From contig JANNYF010000152.1 of NCBI GenBank assembly GCA_031409955.1, positions 7,070 to 71,069 on the forward strand: a stretch of 64,000 bases of DNA, written 5' to 3'. This document shows, one piece after another, positions 42,532 to 52,182 of this stretch. Positions within the stretch are counted from its first letter, which is position 1. Each line of letters starts with the position of its first letter. A program made the position numbers and the translations under genes. Source of the DNA: Blastocatellia bacterium. GTDB taxonomy: Bacteria; Acidobacteriota; Blastocatellia; RBC074. Under the pieces are notes generated by a model, which was not told the origin of the DNA, did no database searches, and saw only the letters and a list, made by a program, of their open reading frames with translations.

Positions 42532-42963
42532 CTAATGAAGCAATTTGTCGAGCAGTTCACTTAATCCTTTCTGCTCCGCTTTCGTGAGTGGTTTCAAGGA
42601 ATTTTCCGCTGCCTCCAGAATTTGTTTGAGCGTGCCTTCGATAAACTGAGCGCCTGTTTCGGACAACTCAATCAATTTCACGCGCCGATCCCCGCAGGCC
42701 AATCGTTTGACGTATTTCTTTTTTTCGAGCAAATCAATCAGCTTCGTTACATTCGCCCGCGACGAAAGCATCCGGCGTCCAATCTCAATCTGCGAAATCG
42801 GTTCGCCCGCACCATTCAGAATGCGCAGTACGTTGTAATGATTGTCCGTCAAGCCCCATTGCCCAAATCGCTCGTCTGATGCGCGCCAGAGTCGGTCACC
42901 CGCGCGCATCAATTTGAGTAGCGCTTGCTCAGCGCTATTGTTTGGAATTTTGACCTTGGGCAT
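42532..42963 (-). CDS. MarR family transcriptional regulator
   Basis: GLTDNHYNVLRIL, SRANVTKLIDLLEKK, DRRVKLIELS; the ATG at 42963 lies downstream of the promoter. Confidence 0.93.
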   Translation of the reverse strand: MPKVKIPNNSAEQALLKLMRAGDRLWRASDERFGQWGLTDNHYNVLRILNGAGEPISQIEIGRRMLSSRANVTKLIDLLEKKKYVKRLACGDRRVKLIELSETGAQFIEGTLKQILEAAENSLKPLTKAEQKGLSELLDKLLH

Positions 42964-42990
42964 ATTTGCATCCTTCCATTCGACAAGCGC

Positions 42991-43029
42991 ATAATAATCA
43001 TTCACCAGTGAATTGTCAACCAGGAAACA
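42991..43029 (-). promoter_or_regulatory. Sigma70-type promoter of marR overlapped by operator-like motifs
   Basis: Minus strand TTGACA-17 nt-TATTAT (43014-43019, 42991-42996); palindrome ATTCACCAGTGAAT in the spacer. Confidence 0.65.
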
Positions 43030-43049
43030 ATTAACCAGGAAACTATTTT

Positions 43050-43469
43050 ATGACCCTCCATTTACGCCGCGTCCAATTGCTGCTTTTGTCGTTGGGAATC
43101 ACTTTTGTGCTGCTCCGTTTGTGGCTCCACAATTTTCCCAATACAGATCTGAATGTTGGCGCATACAACATCCATCATCTTTTTACTGGTTTGCTGCTCA
43201 TTACGCTGAGCGGCATTCCGCTGGCGATTTTTCAAGGGCAGAGGCGCTGGCTGGACTTCGCGGCGCTGGTGTTTGGCATTGGGCTGAGCCTGGCATTGGA
43301 CGAATGGGTGTATTTGATTACGACAGATGGCACGAACGCCTCGTATTTGTTGCCGGTTTCTTTCTGGGGCGGCGTAGTAATGGCGGGATTGGCTTGCGGC
43401 TATGCCCTGATGCTGGTATTTCTTTCCGCAATTATTCACCGCAAACCAAAAGGAGAATCGAATGTCTGA
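43050..43469 (+). CDS. Hypothetical membrane protein
   Basis: Four TM helices, NIHHLFTGLLL, ALDEWVYL; overlaps the next gene. Confidence 0.78.
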   Translation: MTLHLRRVQLLLLSLGITFVLLRLWLHNFPNTDLNVGAYNIHHLFTGLLLITLSGIPLAIFQGQRRWLDFAALVFGIGLSLALDEWVYLITTDGTNASYLLPVSFWGGVVMAGLACGYALMLVFLSAIIHRKPKGESNV

Positions 43470-44256
43470 CGCAGTAATTCTGACGAACATCGAAAACAAA
43501 GTTGCGACCTTAACGCTCAATCGTCCTGACAAGCTTAACGCGTTGAGTCGTGATTTGATTGGGCAAGCCATTGATTTGCTCAAACAATGGAGCCGCGATC
43601 CTGACATCGGAGCCATCGTGTTGACCGGCACAGGCCGCGCGTTTTGTGCGGGCGGCGATGTCTCGAACATGGCCAAAGAAAATGCGCAGCCGGAAACATT
43701 GGAACAACAAGTGGACGGCTTGCGACAAGCACAGGAGCTGTCGTGGCTGCTCTACAACAGCCCGAAAGTCACGATTGCTGCTGTCAATGGCTTTGCGATG
43801 GGCGCGGGGCTGGGCATTTGTTTGTCGTGCGATTTACGCATCGCATCGGAGCAAGCGAAGTTCGGAACGGCATACGCCAAGGTTGGATTCGGCGGCGATT
43901 TCGGCACGACCTGGACTTTGGCTCGTTACGTCGGCGCAGCCAAAGCGAAAGAGATGTTTTTTCTCGCCGACATCATTGACGCCGCGGAAGCGCAGCGGCT
44001 CGGTTTAGTGAATCGCGTGGTTGCGCACGATGAATTGATGGCGCAGGTCAACGAAGTCGCTGCACGCATTGCGCACGGCCCGTTGACGAGCTATCGCTAC
44101 ATGAAAGCCAACATCAACCTGGCGCAAAGCACCGATTTTCGCACGCTGCTCGACCGCGAAGCCGAAACGCATTTGCGCTGTGGGATGACCGAAGACCACA
44201 AAGAAGGCGTGCGCGCGTTTATGGAAAAGCGAGCGCCGAATTTTACCGGAAAATGA
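43462..44256 (+). CDS. Enoyl-CoA hydratase/isomerase family protein
   Basis: LNRPDKLNAL, FCAGGD, AVNGFAMGAG, CDLRIAS. Confidence 0.95.
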   Translation: MSDAVILTNIENKVATLTLNRPDKLNALSRDLIGQAIDLLKQWSRDPDIGAIVLTGTGRAFCAGGDVSNMAKENAQPETLEQQVDGLRQAQELSWLLYNSPKVTIAAVNGFAMGAGLGICLSCDLRIASEQAKFGTAYAKVGFGGDFGTTWTLARYVGAAKAKEMFFLADIIDAAEAQRLGLVNRVVAHDELMAQVNEVAARIAHGPLTSYRYMKANINLAQSTDFRTLLDREAETHLRCGMTEDHKEGVRAFMEKRAPNFTGK

Positions 44257-44260
44257 CCCC

Positions 44261-44420
44261 CCACGAAGCCACACGAAGAAGCACGAAGAAGAAATCAGAC
44301 AGGATTGACAAGATGAACAGGATTGATGAAACACTACTATTCGTCGAGGGTTTCTGTTCATCTTGCTCATCCTGTTCATTCTGTCAAAGATTCTTAGTGT
44401 AACTTCGTGTGGCTTCGTGG
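44261..44420. repeat. Nested inverted-repeat intergenic element
   Basis: Perfect 18-bp outer IR (CCACGAAGCCACACGAAG, 44261-44278 and 44403-44420) around an inner ACAGGAT(T)GA-type IR. Confidence 0.85.
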
Positions 44421-44437
44421 ATGAAGAGGACAAGACA

Positions 44438-45238
44438 ATGAACTTCCAACAAATCATCTACGCCAAAGAAAATCACGTTGCCACGATCACCTTGAATCGC
44501 CCGACCAAGCTCAATGCCTACTCAGAAGTGATGGTGCATGAAATCATCATGGCCTTAGCCGACGCGCGTGATGACGACGATATTCGCGCGGTCATCCTCA
44601 CAGGCGCGGGACGTGGCTTTTGTTCGGGCGGCGACATCAGCACAGGGTTTCAATACCCGGCGCGCTATCGCGGACATCGGATGGAATCTATGCTCGAAAT
44701 GCGCGAGAACATGCATCAGCTTGTGACAATGCTGCGCCGCTTTGACAAGCCAACGATTGCAGCGGTCAATGGCCCGGCGGTTGCGGGCGGCTTGACGCTG
44801 GCGCTGTGCTGCGACTTCCGCCTTGCCGCCGAAAGCGCGCGGCTGGGCGATACGAGTTTGAAGTTTGCGTTGATTCCCGATGAAGGCGGCGCGTATCTGT
44901 TTCCGAAATTTATGGGTTTGCAAAACGCGTTGAAGATGTCGCTGTTTTCTGAAGTGTACCCCGCGCAACAGGCAAAAGAATTAGGGCTGGTGACAGACGT
45001 CGTGCCGGACGCGGAATTGATGATCACCGCGCGCGCCTGGGCGGAACGGTTGGCCGCAGGGCCGCCGATTGCGCTTCGCTTGACCAAGCGGATGATGTAC
45101 AAGCAACAAGCAATGGATTTGGAAAACGCGTTGGAGGATGCGGCGCTGGCGACGCTCGTGTCGAATTACTGCGAAGACGTGAAAGAAGGAACTGCGGCGT
45201 TTCACGAGAAGCGCAAGCCGAATTTCAAAGGGCGCTAA
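44438..45238 (+). CDS. Enoyl-CoA hydratase/isomerase family protein
   Basis: LNRPTKLNA, FCSGGD, AVNGPAVAGG, CDFRLAA. Confidence 0.95.
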   Translation: MNFQQIIYAKENHVATITLNRPTKLNAYSEVMVHEIIMALADARDDDDIRAVILTGAGRGFCSGGDISTGFQYPARYRGHRMESMLEMRENMHQLVTMLRRFDKPTIAAVNGPAVAGGLTLALCCDFRLAAESARLGDTSLKFALIPDEGGAYLFPKFMGLQNALKMSLFSEVYPAQQAKELGLVTDVVPDAELMITARAWAERLAAGPPIALRLTKRMMYKQQAMDLENALEDAALATLVSNYCEDVKEGTAAFHEKRKPNFKGR

Positions 45239-45242
45239 CCGC

Positions 45243-46307
45243 TCAATCATTGGCACTGCCCGCACGTTGCCGATACACATACGCCAACAACTCTGCCACC
45301 GCGCGAAACAGTTCGGCGGGAATCGCGCGACCAATTTCGACGGTGCGATAAAGTGAGCGCGCCAGGGGCGGATTTTCAATCACAGGCACGTCATGCGCCC
45401 GCGCAATTTCACGGATGCGTTTGGCCATATCGTCCGCCCCTTTTGCCACCACCACAGGCGCGGCGTGGTTTTCGCGGTCATAGCGCAGCGCCACGGCAAA
45501 GTGGGTCGGGTTGGTGACGACAACATCGGCTTTGGGCACTTCCGTTGCGATGTGGCGTTGCAACATGGCCCGCGCCAGGCGGCGGCGCTGGCCTTTGACC
45601 ATCGGGTCGCCTTCCTGTTGGCGGTACTCGTCTTTGATTTCCTGCTTGGTCATCTTCAAGGACTTCTCGTGCTTGAACCAACCGTAGCCATAATCCACGA
45701 CGGCAAAAACCAAAACGACCATTCCCGCGCGCAATCCCAACCGATAGAGCAAATCGCCAACCGTCATCATAATGTGCGGGGCTGGTGCGCCGACCAGGGC
45801 CGGAGCTTCGCCCATCGCTTGCCTTACGGTTTCGTAACAAACCGCGACCATCACACCGATCACCAAAATGCCTTTGGCAAATTGCACCACACCTTCCATG
45901 CCCATTGAGCGTTTGAGATTGGCGAGCGGATTGAAGCGTTCGGCTTTTGGCTTGAGCGCTTCCGGCGTGAACAGAAACCCGCCTTGGGCAACGTTGCTGG
46001 CAACACCGGCAATCAGGACGGCGGCAATAATCGGCAACGACAGCACGGCCAGGCGTGACAACGCTTCCATCAGCAGTTGGGTGGCGACTAAGGGCGTGAG
46101 CGCGGCATCACTGCTGGCGTGCAACATCGTGCCGGTCATAAACACGGTAATGTGTTGGAGGATTTGTTCGCTCAGCATCCGCAGCATCAACAGCGCGGCG
46201 ATGAACCCAACCGCCGCAGGCAACTCCGGGCGACGCGCGATCTGCCCTTTTTTCCGCGCATCTTCGCGGCGTTTTGGAGTCGGTTTTTCAGTGCGATTTG
46301 AGGCCAT
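45243..46307 (-). CDS. flhB: Flagellar export switch protein FlhB
   Basis: RTEKPTPKR, KMTKQEIKDE..EGDP and TNPTH autocleavage motif. Confidence 0.96.
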   Translation of the reverse strand: MASNRTEKPTPKRREDARKKGQIARRPELPAAVGFIAALLMLRMLSEQILQHITVFMTGTMLHASSDAALTPLVATQLLMEALSRLAVLSLPIIAAVLIAGVASNVAQGGFLFTPEALKPKAERFNPLANLKRSMGMEGVVQFAKGILVIGVMVAVCYETVRQAMGEAPALVGAPAPHIMMTVGDLLYRLGLRAGMVVLVFAVVDYGYGWFKHEKSLKMTKQEIKDEYRQQEGDPMVKGQRRRLARAMLQRHIATEVPKADVVVTNPTHFAVALRYDRENHAAPVVVAKGADDMAKRIREIARAHDVPVIENPPLARSLYRTVEIGRAIPAELFRAVAELLAYVYRQRAGSAND

Positions 46308-46396
46308 GAAAAGTCTGGAGAGTCTGGGGAGTCTGGAGAGTCTGGAGAGTCTCGGACTTCAAAGACTCTATGGACTCTCCAGACTCTCCAGACTCA
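46308..46396. repeat. Inverted nonamer tandem-repeat element between fliR and flhB
   Basis: (AGTCTGGAG)x4-5 and (AGACTCTCC)n; begins in the fliR stop and ends at the flhB ATG. Confidence 0.88.
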
Positions 46397-47170
46397 CATT
46401 GTTCCCAACATTCGTTCGACCGTGTGGCGCAGCGTGGTGAAGGCAGTGCGGATGGCGCCGGGCAAAAAGAAAACGGAGGCACCAATCAACCACAAGCCGA
46501 CGGCGATTTTGAGCGGAAAACCGAGAATCAGGATTTCTAATTTTGGCGCGACGCGTCCGGCCACCGCCAATAAACTTTCCACCGCCAACAACACGATGAT
46601 GGCCGGAGCCGCCAGCGCGACACCAACTGCCAACGCATCGGCGGAAAGCCGCAACATGATTTCGGCCATTGAACCGTTCATCCCGAAGCCGCCCGGAGAA
46701 ACAAATTGAAAACTGCGCACCGTGATTTCCAACATCCAATGGTGTCCGTCCGCGCCCAGCATCACCATTAGCCCCAGCATCTGCGCCAAAATCCCCAGCG
46801 CGGCGGTTTGCGCCTGGGTCGCCGGATCAATCGTACTCGCCAGGGATAAGCCCATTTGAAAGCCAACCAGGCTCGCCGCCACTTCCAACGCGCTGAACAC
46901 CAAACGTCCGGCAAAGCCTAAAATAAAGCCGATCATCAACTCTCCGCCGAGCAACAAGGTCAGGCTGACCACCTCCGTCGGCGGCGTTGGCACGTGCGGC
47001 AGCAGCACCGGCGTGACGATCAAGGCGATACCCATAGCCAGCAGCGCGCGGACTTTGCTATTCACCGCTTGGTGATTCCAAAACGGCGCGAACGTGACGA
47101 CGCCTCCCACGCGGGCCAGAACGACCACGAAGATCAAGACCGGGCGCAGTGGGATGATGATTGGTTCCAT
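46394..47170 (-). CDS. fliR: Flagellar biosynthesis protein FliR
   Basis: ARVGG..FAP, GFQMGLSLA..DP, DGHH, LAAP, GFPLKI. Confidence 0.95.
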   Translation of the reverse strand: MEPIIIPLRPVLIFVVVLARVGGVVTFAPFWNHQAVNSKVRALLAMGIALIVTPVLLPHVPTPPTEVVSLTLLLGGELMIGFILGFAGRLVFSALEVAASLVGFQMGLSLASTIDPATQAQTAALGILAQMLGLMVMLGADGHHWMLEITVRSFQFVSPGGFGMNGSMAEIMLRLSADALAVGVALAAPAIIVLLAVESLLAVAGRVAPKLEILILGFPLKIAVGLWLIGASVFFLPGAIRTAFTTLRHTVERMLGTM

Positions 47171-47275
47171 GGCGGGTGCGGCACGGGGGAATGTAAGCGA
47201 CCTGAACTTCTCGGAAGGATGCTGACAGCAGCTCAGGTCGCTTACGTTTCCCGTACTGCATCGGTATCCCAACCC

Positions 47276-47545
47276 TCACTTGATATACAGCGTGAAATCG
47301 CCAAACAGTGAGTTCGTGAACGTTACCAACACTTCTAAAATCCACGGAAACGTCAGCAAAAACACGCCAAAGATCGCAGCGACGCGCGGCGCAAACGAAA
47401 AGGTTTGATCCTGAATTGACGTCAGCGTTTGAATCAAACTCACGCCGACTCCCACGGTAACGGCAACGCCGAGCATCGGCCCAATGATCGCCAGTAAAGT
47501 TTCCAGCGCGCGCTGAATCAGTGTCATTACAAGTGCATCAGACAT
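47276..47545 (-). CDS. fliQ: Flagellar biosynthesis protein FliQ
   Basis: GVSLIQTLTSIQDQTFSFAPR..PW. Confidence 0.94.
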   Translation of the reverse strand: MSDALVMTLIQRALETLLAIIGPMLGVAVTVGVGVSLIQTLTSIQDQTFSFAPRVAAIFGVFLLTFPWILEVLVTFTNSLFGDFTLYIK

Positions 47546-47557
47546 AAGCAACCTCAT

Positions 47558-47624
47558 AGTCCAGGGAGTCTAGGGAGTCCGCGACTCTCTAGACTCCCTG
47601 GACTCTCTAGACTCTCCCAGACTT
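47558..47624. repeat. Inverted nonamer tandem-repeat element between fliP and fliQ
   Basis: AGTCCAGGG AGTCTAGGG AGTCC / GACTCTCTA GACTCCCTG GACTCTCTA GACTCTCC. Confidence 0.85.
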
Positions 47625-47626
47625 TC

Positions 47627-48385
47627 TTAATAAAGGCTTTTCACCAACGAACCAACGATCAAGTACCAACCGTCCACCATCACAAACAACAAAATCTTGA
47701 ATGGCATCGAAACGACGACGGGCGGCAGTTGCATCATACCCATTGAAAGCAGGACGGATGACACCGCCAGATCAATCACTAAAAACGGAATGAACAGCAC
47801 GAAGCCGATTTGAAATGCGGTCTTCAGCTCGGAAATCATATAGGCCGGAACCAGCGTCGTCGTTGCCACATCGTCTGGCGAGTTCGGCATTGCGCTGTTG
47901 GAAATTTTGATGAACAGCGCCAGATCGCGTTCGCGTGTGTGTTTGAGCATGTACGCGCGCATTGGCACTAAGGCACGTTCTATCGCCTGCGTTTGCGTGA
48001 CTTGTCCGGCCAGCATCGGTTGCAAGGCTTCCTGATTGATACGCGTCATCACGGGGGCCATCACGAACATTGTCAGAAACAACGACAGCCCGATGATGAC
48101 CTGATTATTCGGTGCTTCCTGGGTGCCGAGCGCTTGTCGCAAAAAGTGAAAGACAACGATCAGCCGCGTGAAGCAGGTCATCGAAATCAGGATCGCCGGA
48201 ATGAAGCTCAGCAAGGTGAGCAACACCATGATCTGCACCGGCAAGGATCCGCTCGTTTTGCTCAGATCAAAGCTGGATGCCGGAGCGTCCTGCGCGATGG
48301 CGGTTGGCACTGCTGCCAACAGCAACAAGGCTGGCAGTAGTACCAATTTCAGTTTTCGACGAAGAGCTGTAGCGTTCATCGTCAT
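47627..48385 (-). CDS. fliP: Flagellar biosynthesis protein FliP
   Basis: LTLLSFIP..MTCFTR..LRQALGTQ..PNNQ, PAYMISELKTAFQIGF, PFKILLFVMVDGW. Confidence 0.97.
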   Translation of the reverse strand: MTMNATALRRKLKLVLLPALLLLAAVPTAIAQDAPASSFDLSKTSGSLPVQIMVLLTLLSFIPAILISMTCFTRLIVVFHFLRQALGTQEAPNNQVIIGLSLFLTMFVMAPVMTRINQEALQPMLAGQVTQTQAIERALVPMRAYMLKHTRERDLALFIKISNSAMPNSPDDVATTTLVPAYMISELKTAFQIGFVLFIPFLVIDLAVSSVLLSMGMMQLPPVVVSMPFKILLFVMVDGWYLIVGSLVKSLY

Positions 48386-49008
48386 GACTCTCTCCTGTCG
48401 CTCCACGTCGTGTTGATAAGCGAAGCGCGTGCCATCTCATGCTCGAATTGCGGCGGCGCATTCACCTCCAACAAATCCGTCACGGTGCGAACCGTTGGCA
48501 TATAACCGTTCTCCGGTTCTGCTTCGTCGGCCTGCTCGGCTAACAGTGTCAAGCCCTGCGGCGTGGAGCCGATGAGCAAGGTGCGCTCGCCAAACTTGAC
48601 GAGGGTTAACGTGCGGCGTTCGCCAAGCGGCACAGTGTCCAGTACTTTCAGCCCGGCAGTTTCGCCTTGCTGTTTGCCAAAATTGATAAGCCCGAAATAG
48701 CGCAAGCCCCAGCCGGCGGCGGCGATGACGCCGACAATCAACAGCAATGCGCCAAACGTGCGCAGCAACATTCCGCTCGCGCTGGGCGCTTCGGTGGCCA
48801 GTTCATTTCGGTCGTTCAATTTGAAAGGCAGCCGCTCCTCTTTGGGCTGCGATTCCGGCACGGAAGCTAGTGGCGGTGCGGGCGACGCCTTCGGCAACAC
48901 ACGTGCAGCGGAAGCGTCCTCTTTCGATTGCGCTAGAACGCAGAGGCCGACGAGTACGGTCATTGACGCAATCCTCAAAATACTCGTAATAGGGTTTGGT
49001 AATTTCAT
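48382..49008 (-). CDS. fliO: Flagellar biosynthesis protein FliO
   Basis: TM segment then LKVLDTVPLGERRTLTLVKFGERTLLIGST; located between fliN and fliP. Confidence 0.88.
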   Translation of the reverse strand: MKLPNPITSILRIASMTVLVGLCVLAQSKEDASAARVLPKASPAPPLASVPESQPKEERLPFKLNDRNELATEAPSASGMLLRTFGALLLIVGVIAAAGWGLRYFGLINFGKQQGETAGLKVLDTVPLGERRTLTLVKFGERTLLIGSTPQGLTLLAEQADEAEPENGYMPTVRTVTDLLEVNAPPQFEHEMARASLINTTWSDRRES

Positions 49009-49027
49009 TTTGGCTTGTGGTGGGTGA

Positions 49028-49318
49028 TTAGTTTGTGGGGCGTTCCTCTGCGATCACCTCGTTGATGCGAACGCCCGTATGATCTTCGATCATGACTATT
49101 TCGCCGCGCGCCACGCGACGATCACCAGCCAGCACATCCACTCCATCACCTGTCGAACGAGTGAGTTGAATGACGCTGGACGGCTCGAGTTCCAGAATGG
49201 CCCGCGCCGTCAACGTGGCGCGTCCAATTTCAATCGAAAGCGGTACGGGCAGGTCGCTGAAATAGCGCCACGATTCAATCTCGCTTTCATTCGCCGCTCG
49301 TAATAAATCTTCGGTCAT
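49028..49318 (-). CDS. fliN: Flagellar motor switch protein FliN (SpoA domain only)
   Basis: DLPVPLSIEIGR..SVIQL..VARGEIVMIEDHTGVRI, about 96 aa. Confidence 0.88.
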   Translation of the reverse strand: MTEDLLRAANESEIESWRYFSDLPVPLSIEIGRATLTARAILELEPSSVIQLTRSTGDGVDVLAGDRRVARGEIVMIEDHTGVRINEVIAEERPTN

Positions 49319-49340
49319 AGAGGGTTTCAATTTCTGCCAA

Positions 49341-49997
49341 TTACATCTGTACAATGAAATCGGTGATGTAAATCGCTTCGATGTGAGGTTCTTCAATCGC
49401 CGCGCGTGCTGCTTTCAGCAGTTCTTTGCGCAAGATGGATTTGCCTTGTTGGGTCAAGATTTCATCGGAGGTTTTGGTGGTCAGCACAGCCAGCATAGCG
49501 TTGCGTACTCTGGTCACCAAGATCGGGTCCGCCTTCTCCTCTTTGGTTTCGCCCACGCCGATGCTGACTGACATTCGCAAATACCGCGAATCTTCGCTGT
49601 CCGCCAGGTTCACCACGAAGGGCGGCAATTCGATAATCTTTTTGACTTCTTTGTCTTCCGGCAAATCCAGCTTCTTGATGCTGAATTTTGGTTTGGCCGA
49701 TTTCCCCTCTTTGCCTGCTTCTGCGGCGGCGTGTTCATCGGCAGCCGGTTCCTCTTCTTCCTCTTCTTCCTCTTCTTCCTTTACGTCTTTTACTTTTTTA
49801 CTTTTCTTATCTTTCTCGGCTTTCTTGTCCTTTTCGGCGGTTTCCGCCTCAGCCGCATTGCCGCGTTTCAGAAAGAAGAACGCGCCCCCGCCACCCACTG
49901 CCAACACGACCACCGCGATGATGATGAGGAGCAATGGCTTTTTCTTTTTTGCGCTACCTTCTTCAGTTGCTGCAGCGGGTGCTGGTGTATCAGACAT
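49341..49997 (-). CDS. fliL: Flagellar basal body-associated protein FliL
   Basis: N-terminal TM, K/E-rich linker, PFVVNLAD..RYL, IYITDFIVQ. Confidence 0.94.
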   Translation of the reverse strand: MSDTPAPAAATEEGSAKKKKPLLLIIIAVVVLAVGGGGAFFFLKRGNAAEAETAEKDKKAEKDKKSKKVKDVKEEEEEEEEEEPAADEHAAAEAGKEGKSAKPKFSIKKLDLPEDKEVKKIIELPPFVVNLADSEDSRYLRMSVSIGVGETKEEKADPILVTRVRNAMLAVLTTKTSDEILTQQGKSILRKELLKAARAAIEEPHIEAIYITDFIVQM

Positions 49998-50033
49998 AAG
50001 ACCTCCAAATAAATGACCTCCGTCGAAGTCATA

Positions 50034-50049
50034 AGCGATTTGCGTGCCG
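50034..50049 (-). promoter_or_regulatory. Sigma54 (-24/-12) promoter upstream of fliL
   Basis: Minus strand CGGCACGCAAATCGCT gives GG-N10-GC. Confidence 0.65.
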
Positions 50050-50171
50050 CTCTTGGTCATTACATAGTTGGGCGCGAATCTCACGGGTTTCTAAGGATTT
50101 ATTCGAGAGCGGCTGAAACCCGGATGTTTGCAGAGAGCAGAAACTGACGGGAGTCCGGTAGTCAGGCACGG

Positions 50172-50184
50172 GATTTCGTCACTC
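50172..50184. promoter_or_regulatory. Putative enhancer (bEBP) site upstream of fliL
   Basis: GATTTCGTCACTC, identical to 63687-63699 upstream of the flgB sigma54 site. Confidence 0.55.
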
Positions 50185-50272
50185 GGAAAACCCACCCATG
50201 TCCTTGCCATTCGCTTTGCCAACATTCTAGGCAAGAGCGCCGATCACGCCCCGTGCAGAAAGCGCAGGCAGC

Positions 50273-51325
50273 TTATTTGTGAGCGTGTTTGGCGGGGGCG
50301 GGCGGCGCTTCAGTTGCCTCCGTACGGCTCTTTTTAGGGGCGGCAGCTTTGGCCTTGCCGCGTTCTGTGCCTTTGGTCTCTTCAGCGGTCTCTTCAGCCG
50401 ATTCTTCCGTCGAGACGTCAGGTGCCTTAGCGGCCTCTTTTCCTCCTGGTTCCTTGCCAGCGGATTTCTTCTGCGACGACTCTTCTTCTGTGGCTTCGTG
50501 ATCCTTGGACGAAGCCTTTTCTTCTACGACTATGGGCGTCGTTGGTACCGACTTGTTCAGGCGTAAGACGGTGATATTGATGCGCCGATTGGCGGCGGCA
50601 AATGGTTGATTGGGATAGAGCAATTCGGTGTCCGCATGCCCAATCACGCGACGCACCTGCTCGGCCTTGACACAATTGGCTTCCAGCCCGCGACGGGCGG
50701 CATTGGCGCGGTCAGCCGAAAGCTCCCAATTGGTGTAGGAGGAGCCGGACGGAAACAAATGCCGGTCGGTGTGACCGCCAATAGAAATTAAGTTCGGCAA
50801 GGGACAGATGGCCTTGGCAATTTCGGCCAGCAGGATTTTGGCCCCCGCACTCAACTCTGCGCTGCCAGACGCAAAGGTCACCCGATCTGCCTTGTCTATG
50901 ATTTGGATGCTGAGACCTTCTTCTGTCACTTTAACCTTGACGCGATCCTTGAAGGCCGCTAATTCAGGACTGGTCGTAATACGTTTTCTCAACTCTTCCG
51001 CAATTGAATTGAGCATGGCTTGCTCGACGGTGGCATCGGGTGCAGGGTCCTGGCTCACTTTATTGGGGCCGCCCAAAATGCCGCCGGCTTGTGTTTCAAA
51101 CACCCCTGCCGAACGGAAGTAGCTGGCGACCGACACTTTCAGTTTTTGATCTGCCTGGGACAACAACCACAGCACCAAAAACAGCGCCATCATCGCGGTT
51201 ACGAAATCGGCATAAGCCACTTTCCACGAACCGCCGTGATGTCCACCGTGTCCCGCCACTTTCTTAATGCGGCGGCGGGGTTTCTTTTCTGGTTCCTCTT
51301 TTTTCCCTTTGGCAGCAATACTCAT
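50273..51325 (-). CDS. motB: Flagellar stator protein MotB
   Basis: GGSWKVAYADFVTAMMALF, OmpA-like GHTD..NWELSADRA..NRRI; charged low-complexity tail. Confidence 0.96.
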   Translation of the reverse strand: MSIAAKGKKEEPEKKPRRRIKKVAGHGGHHGGSWKVAYADFVTAMMALFLVLWLLSQADQKLKVSVASYFRSAGVFETQAGGILGGPNKVSQDPAPDATVEQAMLNSIAEELRKRITTSPELAAFKDRVKVKVTEEGLSIQIIDKADRVTFASGSAELSAGAKILLAEIAKAICPLPNLISIGGHTDRHLFPSGSSYTNWELSADRANAARRGLEANCVKAEQVRRVIGHADTELLYPNQPFAAANRRINITVLRLNKSVPTTPIVVEEKASSKDHEATEEESSQKKSAGKEPGGKEAAKAPDVSTEESAEETAEETKGTERGKAKAAAPKKSRTEATEAPPAPAKHAHK

Positions 51326-52182
51326 CGCGGTTTGATCTCTTTCAGTTTCGGTTCGATTTCTGATGTTGAGGGACGGTCAAAGCTATAGATTGCTTTGCGC
51401 GCGAATTCAATCGCAGTCATGGGCGCAGCCCCATTGGCAAAGGCGATCAGCCCCGTTTTGATACAGGCGTAATACTTCGCTTCGTCTTGCGCCAGGTTTT
51501 CCAAATTGGTCGCAATCGGCCCCAGAAACCCGTATGAAAATAACAAGCCCAGAAACGTTCCGACGAGCGCCGCGCCGATGTGATGACCTAACTCTTCCGG
51601 CGGGCCATCCAGGTGTTGCATCGTGACGACAATGCCCAGCACGGCAGCAACAATGCCCAGGGCCGGAAACGCATCGGACACGCGCGTCAGCATCGCAGGA
51701 ACTATGGCCCCTTCGGCGTGATGCGTTTCCAACTCAGTCTCCATAGACATTTCGATTTCTTCGGTTTGCGCCGCGCCGTTGACCATCAGCTTGAGCGCAT
51801 CGGTCATGAAATCCATGGCGTGATGATTGGCCAGAAAGCTCGGATATTTCGAGAAGATTGAGGAAGTCACCGGATTGTTGACGTCTTCTTCAATCGAGAG
51901 CAAGCCGCCCTTTTTAGCGTTGATGTAAATTTCGTATTGCAGCTTCAGTAATTCGGTGTAGGTGGCCTTGTTGTAAGGCGACCCTTTCAAGGCCAGCGGC
52001 AACGCTTTCGTGATTTGCATGAGCATTTTGAGCGGGTTGGCCGCAATCAGCGTCCCAATGGCCGCACCGCCAATGACCACAAATTCGGCGGGCTGGAGTA
52101 GCACGCCCAGGGGCCCGTTAATCATAAGGAAGCCCCCCATAACGCAGCCCATAACAACGACAATTCCAATGATGAGAAACAT
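51322..52182 (-). CDS. motA: Flagellar stator protein MotA
   Basis: QPAEFVVIGG, AFPALGIVAAVLG, ALVGTFLGLLFSYG; ATGA overlap with motB. Confidence 0.96.
   Translation of the reverse strand: MFLIIGIVVVMGCVMGGFLMINGPLGVLLQPAEFVVIGGAAIGTLIAANPLKMLMQITKALPLALKGSPYNKATYTELLKLQYEIYINAKKGGLLSIEEDVNNPVTSSIFSKYPSFLANHHAMDFMTDALKLMVNGAAQTEEIEMSMETELETHHAEGAIVPAMLTRVSDAFPALGIVAAVLGIVVTMQHLDGPPEELGHHIGAALVGTFLGLLFSYGFLGPIATNLENLAQDEAKYYACIKTGLIAFANGAAPMTAIEFARKAIYSFDRPSTSEIEPKLKEIKPR

Noticed and set aside
42964-43005. Extended marR start at 43005 from the ORF track
   Set aside because: It overlaps the TTGACA-17-TATTAT promoter; the ATG at 42963 fits better. Similar over-extensions were trimmed for ackA, fliG, fliH, fliL, fliN, fliR and others.
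49730-49860. GAA/GAG-rich low-complexity stretch as a repeat element
   Set aside because: It encodes the K/E-rich linker of FliL.
50195-50225. TTGGCAAAGCGAATGGCA (minus) as another sigma54 site
   Set aside because: Spacing is GG-N11-GC, not the obligatory N10.
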